The translations under genes and the position numbers were made by a program. DNA of 64,000 nt from NCBI GenBank assembly GCA_963836235.1, contig CAWIIP010000004.1, positions 448,001 to 512,000 of the forward strand, written 5' to 3'. This document shows positions 56,963 to 64,000 of the stretch, piece after piece (within the stretch, counting starts at the first letter, position 1; the number at the start of each line of letters is the position of its first letter). Below the pieces are notes generated by a model. The model searched no databases, was not told where the DNA came from, and saw only the letters and a list, made by a program, of their open reading frames with translations. This stretch comes from an uncultured Pseudomonadota bacterium (GTDB taxonomy: Bacteria; Oederibacteriota; Muellerivitia; Muellerivitales; Muellerivitaceae).

Positions 56963-58087
56963 ATGCTTTTAAAAAAATCGCCTTCTTATGTTTATATACG
57001 GGATTTTATCCTCTCCTTTCGGATGCTCCGATTTGTGGCCTATTCCGTTCGAAATCTTTTTTTTCCTTCCAAATATATGCTTCCGTCGTTTTTCCACGTG
57101 GGTCCCGAGCCGTTTTTTAATATTGAAGTCTCAAGCGTGTGTAACGCGAAATGCGTCTTTTGTCCCTACAAATCCGGGTTCCGCACAATGACTGTCGCCA
57201 CGCTGGAATGGTTTGAACCCGTCGCCAAATCAGGCATCCAACTTGGCTTCAAGCACCTCAATTTGACACCCCTGACGGGCGAGTTTTTCACCAACAATAA
57301 AGCAGTGGAGATCATTCAATCCGCAAAAAAGGCGGGGTACATTTCCATTTTCACGTATACCAACGGAATTCAGATGCACAAATTTAATTTGGAGGCCCTG
57401 TTGAATTCAGGGTTAACCCATCTTTATATTTCAACCCCCGGGTTTTCCGATGAATTATATGAAACGGTTTTTGGCGTTCGGACTTATCCCGATTTTAAAA
57501 AATCAATCATTCAACTACTAGAAACCCACCGGCGTTTAAAATCCGCTGTGGAAATATATTTTGAGCCACGAAGCTATCTAACCTTAAAAGAGTTGAAACG
57601 AAGTGAATTTTATACTGGCTTCATCTCCGATTTCATTGGTGAGCACGTCCATTTATCCCAAGCGAAAAAGTTCTTCGGGAATTGGGGAGGAGGGATTTCG
57701 AAAAGTGATATGGTTGGGAAGATGGAAATTGATGTCATTCCCCTGAAATCCCTCGCCCCGTTTAAAAAGGTTCATCCTTGTGAAATGCTTTATACGGTGG
57801 CGGTTTTAGCGAACGGCGACGTGCGGTTATGCCCCTGCGCTTACGACTCAACCATTGAAACTGAAAAGGATTCTTTTTGGATCGATTCCCTTAAAAATTA
57901 TCCCAATCTTGAAACGCTCCTTGAAAGAAATTCGGCGAAAATTAATCAGCTGAGGGAAAATTTTGTTAACGGAATACTTCCTGATTTGTGCAAGAATTGC
58001 TCGGTATATGTTCCTGTTCAATTCCAACCGGTAAAATCTGAAGGACAAAGTAAAGATGTTCTTGAGATTATTCGTTCAAATCCGTGA
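56963..58087 (+). CDS. Radical SAM / SPASM(twitch) protein
   Basis: IEVSSVCNAKCVFCP, GEFF, YTNG, NWGG, PC...VLANGDVRLCPC...CKNC. Confidence 0.85.
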   Translation: MLLKKSPSYVYIRDFILSFRMLRFVAYSVRNLFFPSKYMLPSFFHVGPEPFFNIEVSSVCNAKCVFCPYKSGFRTMTVATLEWFEPVAKSGIQLGFKHLNLTPLTGEFFTNNKAVEIIQSAKKAGYISIFTYTNGIQMHKFNLEALLNSGLTHLYISTPGFSDELYETVFGVRTYPDFKKSIIQLLETHRRLKSAVEIYFEPRSYLTLKELKRSEFYTGFISDFIGEHVHLSQAKKFFGNWGGGISKSDMVGKMEIDVIPLKSLAPFKKVHPCEMLYTVAVLANGDVRLCPCAYDSTIETEKDSFWIDSLKNYPNLETLLERNSAKINQLRENFVNGILPDLCKNCSVYVPVQFQPVKSEGQSKDVLEIIRSNP

Positions 58088-58188
58088 CATTCTTTTGCGA
58101 CTTTTATTGCACTTTAAACAAAACCATTACAGTTGTTGTGCGTGAATATGCGGGGGGACGGAACTTTATATCTGTGATATGAATTCAA

Positions 58189-59508
58189 TTGAAGCTTAGG
58201 GAAGAAAGACCTTCGGTTATGAAACCCAGATGGAAGTTATTCGCTTTTATTTATTCATTTGCTTTGTTCATTAGATTTGCGGCGGTTTTTTTAACTAGGT
58301 TTCAAATCCAAGACGTGGGTTACCTTGGTTTCGCCCAAAATTTAATAAATCATGGAAAGTTTTTTGAAGTTATCCAAACTCATGGCGTGGGTCAAGCCTG
58401 GAATGGGGCCTATTGGGCGAATTGTCCGCCCCTATATCCTTTTTTTATAGCTTTGTTTTCGAACCATATTTTTTTGTTGTCAATTTGGCAATCACTCATT
58501 TATTCGTTCCTGCCCCTTGTGGTTTACCACATAGCCGAAAATCTTTTTTTCGATAAAAAAACAGCTATGGTTTCCGCCTTGATCTGTTGTGCTTATCCTT
58601 ATTTTGTATATTCTTCCAATCAGTTGGTTGATACGGGTTTGGCCTGTTTAACCTTTGGATTGATCCTATTGTTTAATTTGATTTACGCCCAAGAAAATAG
58701 CACAAAACATCTCTTTGTTGTTGGGGCCGTCAACGCAATGGGGTTGCTGACGAGGCAGAACTTCTTATCTGTTATCCTGGTTTTCCCCCTTTTTTATCTT
58801 TTTATTTTCCAAGATAAAATACAAGGATTGGTCTTTAGAAAATACCTGCTTTTATTTTCGGTTACTTTTTTATTTATTTCTCCGTGGTTGGCGCGTAATT
58901 ACCTGATATTAAAAGAACCGGTCATTACCTCTTACTACGGACCCTATACACTGTGGTTAGGGAATAACAAATTAACCAATAAATATTTATCCATGGGAGT
59001 TGTAGCTCACATTGAGGATTATGTTTATTTCGAGAAAGTGGAGGAAAAGGATTTGGGGTATTTTGAGAATTTGAATGAAGTTGAAAAAGGGAAGTGGCTT
59101 ACGCGGAGAGCAATCAATTTTATCGAAAGTAATCCCATCGTGTTTCTGGAAAATGCTTACCTGAAATTTATCCGATTGTGGGCCGTAGAAAAGGAATATT
59201 CCCCCTTGGATCAAAATCCGGGTGAAAGTCCTGAGGAGAGCAAACTAAAAAATCTTACTTATTTCGCGATTACTTTTCCTTTGTTTCTTTTGAGCTCTTT
59301 AGGTCTAGTGATTCTTTTTAAACAAAAAAAAAGGCTGGGGATATTTTTCTTAATCCTTTTCGCGGCTTATAGCATTCCATTTATGGTTTATATCAGCGCA
59401 ATAAGGATGAGAATTCCGTTTGATATTTTGCTCATCATTTTATTGTCTTTTTTTATTATTTGGATGATGGACTTAGCAGCTACTTTTTTTAGGCTAAAGA
59501 GTAGCTAA
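58189..59508 (+). CDS. ArnT/PMT-like (GT39/GT83) membrane glycosyltransferase
   Basis: D..Y...AQNL...G.F, PPLYPFFIA, L.R, SPWLARNY, LWLGNN, R.RIP. Confidence 0.72.
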   Translation: MKLREERPSVMKPRWKLFAFIYSFALFIRFAAVFLTRFQIQDVGYLGFAQNLINHGKFFEVIQTHGVGQAWNGAYWANCPPLYPFFIALFSNHIFLLSIWQSLIYSFLPLVVYHIAENLFFDKKTAMVSALICCAYPYFVYSSNQLVDTGLACLTFGLILLFNLIYAQENSTKHLFVVGAVNAMGLLTRQNFLSVILVFPLFYLFIFQDKIQGLVFRKYLLLFSVTFLFISPWLARNYLILKEPVITSYYGPYTLWLGNNKLTNKYLSMGVVAHIEDYVYFEKVEEKDLGYFENLNEVEKGKWLTRRAINFIESNPIVFLENAYLKFIRLWAVEKEYSPLDQNPGESPEESKLKNLTYFAITFPLFLLSSLGLVILFKQKKRLGIFFLILFAAYSIPFMVYISAIRMRIPFDILLIILLSFFIIWMMDLAATFFRLKSS

Positions 59509-59679
59509 GTATTAAAAATTGTATTTTGAATGGGAGTTAGTAATGGTTCGCCCGTGAAAGATCATTTTTTAATCCTGCCGGTTTGAATTCCAGGTGCTTA
59601 ACCTTGACCTGCCCTAATATTCGACCCCAATTTAAGCTAGTTAATACCAACCGTCTCTATAGTATATTTTTGAGGCTCC

Positions 59680-60987
59680 CTAAAATTTTTTGAGAAAAAT
59701 ATCTGTACGTTGATCATTGCTTAAAGGGGCTTCGCTTTTTTGGCGGATCAACTGGTAGCTTAATATGCTTATGGAAAAATACCAAAAGAGCGAATAAGTG
59801 ATTTCGACAACGGTATGCATGTCACTGTGAAAAACGAAAGAATTTAAAGTGGACATGAGATTGGTTTTTGCCATTACTTGATGAGGATTGATTTTCCAGA
59901 CGGGGGGAAAATAATTACGTAGATAACCGGTTAAAAAAACGCCGATCGAAAAAAGAATAATTGAAAGGTTTAAGTTTTTCCTTGTTAGAATCCACGCAAC
60001 GGGAAGAAGAACAATGACGTAATCCGACTCGCTATGATAAGTCAAAATGGTGGAAACCATCGAACTTAAAACGAAGACAGCAAAATCATCTTGTGGCTGT
60101 TCTTTTTTTTTATATAAAGCGAATAAATAAATCAGAAAAACAATTCCAACACAAAAATAGGGCATCCAATATAGTTTTGGATTGATTGAGAACCAAAAAT
60201 GAAAAAGATCAAATCGGCCTACTTGAATAATGCCGTTACCACACCACTTAAGGGTGGCCATAAACAGATAGAAGATCGATTTGTGCAAATACAAGGAAAA
60301 AACACAATGGACCAGAAAATGTATTCCAAGAGCAAGAATGACGTTTTTCCAAACTCGTTTATAAATAAGGAAATAAAGGCAAAGAGGTAAGGTTAAGCTA
60401 TATTTCAATAAAGCCAGAGACAAAGTTATCCCTGAAAAAAATATTTTGTTTTGTTCCTGGAATCTAAGAGATAAAAGAAAAAAACCAAAACTCCAAATAG
60501 CAGTTTGGCCAAAACAAATATTTACTCTCCATGGTTGGGAAAGAATCAACGCCGCTAAGAGAAATAAATAATGCTTTCCTGAACAAAATAAATTTGAGGT
60601 TTCTTTTGCTAATACGTGAGTCAACCATAAATTTATCAATAGCCAAAATGCCTTTGCCGCCGGCCAATTTAGCAAGGCGAAAGGAGCCAATAAGGCGTAA
60701 CAACTGGGGAAATAGTGGGGAGCCATATCAAAGGAGTCGACTCCATATTGGGCGCTGGCCATCGTTGAAACTTGCTTATAAATTGAATCATCATAAATAT
60801 CCGAACCGTTTAAAAGATTCTTGGCATTGATCCAACTTAAGCACAAATCAGTGGAACTGTCCCCAAAAAAGACAAAATAAACACAAATAGAGAAAACATA
60901 GGCGGTGGCTATCGCGATCAGCCATTTGAGGTAAAGGGAAATGCCTTGAAAGGGCCGATATGTCGATTGAAAAATGAAATCTTTCAC
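59680..60987 (-). CDS. GT87/DUF2029-like membrane glycosyltransferase, copy 3
   Basis: DL..SW..AK.LL.G.D.Y, PHYFPSC..LL.PFALL.W..AK..W...N, GQT, LALLKY, YH...DY. Confidence 0.72.
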   Translation of the reverse strand: MKDFIFQSTYRPFQGISLYLKWLIAIATAYVFSICVYFVFFGDSSTDLCLSWINAKNLLNGSDIYDDSIYKQVSTMASAQYGVDSFDMAPHYFPSCYALLAPFALLNWPAAKAFWLLINLWLTHVLAKETSNLFCSGKHYLFLLAALILSQPWRVNICFGQTAIWSFGFFLLSLRFQEQNKIFFSGITLSLALLKYSLTLPLCLYFLIYKRVWKNVILALGIHFLVHCVFSLYLHKSIFYLFMATLKWCGNGIIQVGRFDLFHFWFSINPKLYWMPYFCVGIVFLIYLFALYKKKEQPQDDFAVFVLSSMVSTILTYHSESDYVIVLLPVAWILTRKNLNLSIILFSIGVFLTGYLRNYFPPVWKINPHQVMAKTNLMSTLNSFVFHSDMHTVVEITYSLFWYFSISILSYQLIRQKSEAPLSNDQRTDIFLKKF

Positions 60988-61090
60988 GAAAGATTGATTC
61001 CCATTTTATTTCCTGTTTAGAAGTTTCGAGGCCTTCGATTAGATAGACTACAAATTATTTCTCTAATACGAAAGCGGATTTATGCAATTT

Positions 61091-62266
61091 TTAATTAGCG
61101 GTACGTTTCCGAAGCCAATTTGTGACAAGAGATGTTCGCTGCATAATGGGACGTTCGACGAGGCGAAATGTCATGAAACATACCGTGATCAGAATTGGAG
61201 AAATTACACTAATCACGGTCCAATGCATAGGCAAAGAAAATAATTTCGCCCTATTCACACCAATTATAAATTTAAAAGTGACGTAAAGAATGATCCCGTG
61301 AAGTAAATAAACGCTGTAAGTCATTTCGCCCAATGTTCGTGAAATAGGATGGATCAAGAGGCCAAACATAGTATTTCCGCAGGCGATAAGAACAAATGCC
61401 AATGACAAGAGGAGTAACGGAATTAGTCCCCATGCGGAAGGGAATTTCATCACCGCTGCAGAAATAAAACATAGGATGAGAAGAGACGAGTATTTCCTTT
61501 CGGAAAATTTTCGGATGACCTCAAGGCGAACGAGGTAAGCGGCGATGATTCCACCCCAAAAGGATAATAACGGGTATATGTCGGGGTGGAATATCATTAA
61601 AAATGTCAAAGTGGCTAGGCTGAGGAAGAGATAAGGTAACGGAGGAAAAACTCCGACTGCTAAAGCGAAAAAAGGAAGCGATAGATAAAAAAACCATTCG
61701 TAAGGCAATGTCCATGTAACCCCCGCATCAATGGTTGCAGTGTTTTCGATTCCATTCAAGTCCGGCGCACCATGAACTGAGAATGCAAGCCAATGCGTCA
61801 CCGCCCTAGCTAGGCTTATCGGGGGAACCTTTAAAGCACCGTTAGATAGGATGAAAACAATAATAAAAATAATGAGAACCGAAAACCAATAAATCGGAGC
61901 GAGCCGTAAAATCCTCGAGACGTAGAGTTTTTTCCAATCGATTCCGTTTTTTCTTCCGCTAATAAGTTTAGAAAAGAACAAAAATGCGGTGATCATGAAA
62001 AAAAACGCCACGGAACTTGATCCCATATGGTCATAAAGAAGGGATGGGGGACTGCCCTCCCAAATGCCGGTTCGTAAATAAAAATACCAAATTCTAGAGT
62101 GGCTGATAAAAACAAAAAAAGCGAGAAAGCCCCTTAAACCATCAATTGTTGCAAATCTTTCCTGAATCAGAGATTCTCCAAAAAAATTAGTTAATAAAAA
62201 AATGGTAACGAATGCGATGAATAAAGTGACGATGATTGGCAATATACTTGCAAGAAACGCACTCAA
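61091..62266 (-). CDS. Acyltransferase-3 (OafA-like) membrane O-acyltransferase
   Basis: IDGLRG.LA..V...H, V.FFFMITAF, RILRL.P.Y, WTL.YEW.FY, LGEMTYSVYLLH, F..VERP. Confidence 0.88.
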   Translation of the reverse strand: MSAFLASILPIIVTLFIAFVTIFLLTNFFGESLIQERFATIDGLRGFLAFFVFISHSRIWYFYLRTGIWEGSPPSLLYDHMGSSSVAFFFMITAFLFFSKLISGRKNGIDWKKLYVSRILRLAPIYWFSVLIIFIIVFILSNGALKVPPISLARAVTHWLAFSVHGAPDLNGIENTATIDAGVTWTLPYEWFFYLSLPFFALAVGVFPPLPYLFLSLATLTFLMIFHPDIYPLLSFWGGIIAAYLVRLEVIRKFSERKYSSLLILCFISAAVMKFPSAWGLIPLLLLSLAFVLIACGNTMFGLLIHPISRTLGEMTYSVYLLHGIILYVTFKFIIGVNRAKLFSLPMHWTVISVISPILITVCFMTFRLVERPIMQRTSLVTNWLRKRTAN

Positions 62267-62616
62267 AGAGAAAACCTCGAAATGAATAGTTTGAATAAAT
62301 TAAAGTAAATCACGAGTAACCAATAAAAGGTACTGGCGATAGAACCAAAATCCTGATTTAATCCATAATTTTAACGGGTTTGGTTTTATGGCACACAGAC
62401 AATATCGCTTCTGTTTTAAAATAAGCTAATTTGGTCGCCGGGTTTTCGTAATTAGAGGCGTTTTGTAATCACCAATTTACCTGAATCCTAGACTTGTTGT
62501 TTACGTTGATTGTCTTTATTCTCTATTAGCTAATATAAACAAAAGCTTTTTTAGAAATATGGTTTTTTTTAAAAAATCTTTAAACTCGAAATATTACTGA
62601 GGTTTGAAAGGTTTTT

Positions 62617-63087
62617 GTGGAAACGAAAGATTCAAAGTCGGTCAACCTCGAAACCACCCCTGACGGATGGGCGGATATGGGCGTGGGGAATTGCCGTCTT
62701 TACCTGTTGCCGAAGGTTCAAAATCCAAAGGGCAACTTAGCCATTGTTGAATTTGAAAAGTTTTTGCCGTTGCCGGTCAAAAGAAGTTTTTGGGTTTTCA
62801 ATGTTCCGGCCACTGAAATTCGCGGTGCCCACGCCCATAAGGCCTGTCATTTATTCCTGACATGTTTGGTAGGGCAAGTAAGCGTTCTTTTGGATGACGG
62901 GGTCAACCGGACGAACGTGAAACTCGATAATCCTTTCTGCGGATTGCACCTTCAGGCTGGGGTCTGGGGAAGCCAGTTCGACTTTTCCAAAGACGCCATG
63001 CTCCTCGTTTTCGCGTCCCACCTGTACGACGATTCCGACTTCATTCTTAATTACGATGAATATTTAAAATACTCGAAAAAGCCTTGA
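62617..63087 (+). CDS. fdtA: dTDP-4-keto-6-deoxyhexose 3,4-ketoisomerase (FdtA/QdtA cupin)
   Basis: GNLAIVE, VKR.FWVFNVP, RGAHAHK, LLVFASH.YD..DFI..Y. Confidence 0.82.
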   Translation: METKDSKSVNLETTPDGWADMGVGNCRLYLLPKVQNPKGNLAIVEFEKFLPLPVKRSFWVFNVPATEIRGAHAHKACHLFLTCLVGQVSVLLDDGVNRTNVKLDNPFCGLHLQAGVWGSQFDFSKDAMLLVFASHLYDDSDFILNYDEYLKYSKKP

Positions 63088-64000
63088 CTCCTTTTTTGGA
63101 TCTCCACGCGTCCTATGCCGAGCTTCGCGAAGAAATGGACGAAGCTTATCATCGGGTCATGAAATCGGGCTGGTATATCCTTGGCCAAGAAGTAAGCGCC
63201 TTTGAAACTGAATTCGCCGCATATTGCGAGGTCAAGCACTGCGTTGGGGTCGGAAACGGACTGGAAGCCCTTCACTTGATTCTTCGGGCCTACCAAATTG
63301 GTCCGGGTGATGAAGTGATTGTTCCTTCCAATACCTGCATCGCGACTTGGATGGCGGTTTCCGCCAGCGGCGCGAAACCCGTGCCGGTTGAGCCGGATAT
63401 TCAAACTTATAATATTGATCCTTCCCGGATTGAAGCGGCCATCACCCCCAAAACCAAAGCCATTATTCCCGTTCATCTTTATGGCCAACCGGCGGACATG
63501 GATCCTATTTTGGATTTGGCGAAAAAACATGGCCTGAAAGTGATCGAGGATTCCGCCCAGGCCCATGGGGCCCAATATAAAGGGCGCAAGACAGGGTCCC
63601 TCGGGGACGCGGCCGGGTTCAGTTTCTATCCCACCAAAAACCTGGGGGCGCAAGGGGACGGGGGAGCGGTAACGACCTATGATGACGCTTTGGCCAATAG
63701 CATCAAACGACTTCGCAATTATGGTTCGGTCAAAAAAGATGATAACGAGGTTCAAGGTTTCAACTCCCGGCTGGATGAACTTCAAGCGGCCTTTTTGCGG
63801 GTGAAGTTGAAGAGGCTGGATGAATGGAATCGACAAAGAGCCAACTTAGCCGCTTTGTACCTCGAAGGTTTGGAAAAGGTTTCGGATTTGGTCTTGCCGC
63901 AGGTGCCGAAATGGGCTGAACCTGTTTGGCATCTTTTTGTAGTTCGGAGCGAACATCGTGAATCTTTGCGAAAAAGCTTGGAAGCGGAGGGGATCGGCAG
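63084..64000 (+). CDS. fdtB: DegT/DnrJ-family sugar aminotransferase (FdtB-like), 3'-truncated by the window edge
   Basis: Not in the ORF track; translated by hand from TTG 63084: MTPFLDL...[62 protein letters not shown]. Confidence 0.88.
   Translation, partial: MTPFLDLHASYAELREEMDEAYHRVMKSGWYILGQEVSAFETEFAAYCEVKHCVGVGNGLEALHLILRAYQIGPGDEVIVPSNTCIATWMAVSASGAKPVPVEPDIQTYNIDPSRIEAAITPKTKAIIPVHLYGQPADMDPILDLAKKHGLKVIEDSAQAHGAQYKGRKTGSLGDAAGFSFYPTKNLGAQGDGGAVTTYDDALANSIKRLRNYGSVKKDDNEVQGFNSRLDELQAAFLRVKLKRLDEWNRQRANLAALYLEGLEKVSDLVLPQVPKWAEPVWHLFVVRSEHRESLRKSLEAEGIG

Noticed and set aside
63051-63836. 261-aa minus-strand ORF
   Set aside because: Antisense shadow of the DegT/FdtB aminotransferase on the plus strand

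Overview
Bacterial surface-polysaccharide island. Positions 1-40.3 kb hold two paralogous Wzx/Wzy-type export cassettes in tandem. Each has a conserved, GC-richer frame (short wza - compact wzc - wecA with an extra C-terminal domain ... ydcF/DUF218 - GT4) around a different, AT-richer core of flippase, polymerase, glycosyl-, methyl-, acetyl- and sulfotransferases. Between the cassettes lie gmd/fcl (GDP-fucose) and two DUF1207-like putative outer-membrane proteins. Five toxin-antitoxin modules (one orphaned) sit in intergenic gaps of the first 24 kb. At 40.6-42 kb is an orphan ParB-like gene. Its reading frame contains three 17-bp palindromes at an exact 42-bp period (sopC-like), and the protein ends in a probable amphipathic helix. 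This is the most unusual element in the window. Positions 42.5-64 kb are a mixed-orientation, AT-rich glycan-modification region: several GT-C-type membrane proteins (three GT87-like paralogs), two radical SAM/SPASM enzymes, a third flippase, a YdjC-methyltransferase fusion, an acyltransferase, fdtA-fdtB and two tandem non-identical IS30 elements. I saw no rRNA, tRNA or CRISPR array. All family assignments come from motif recognition by eye; no database searches were run.
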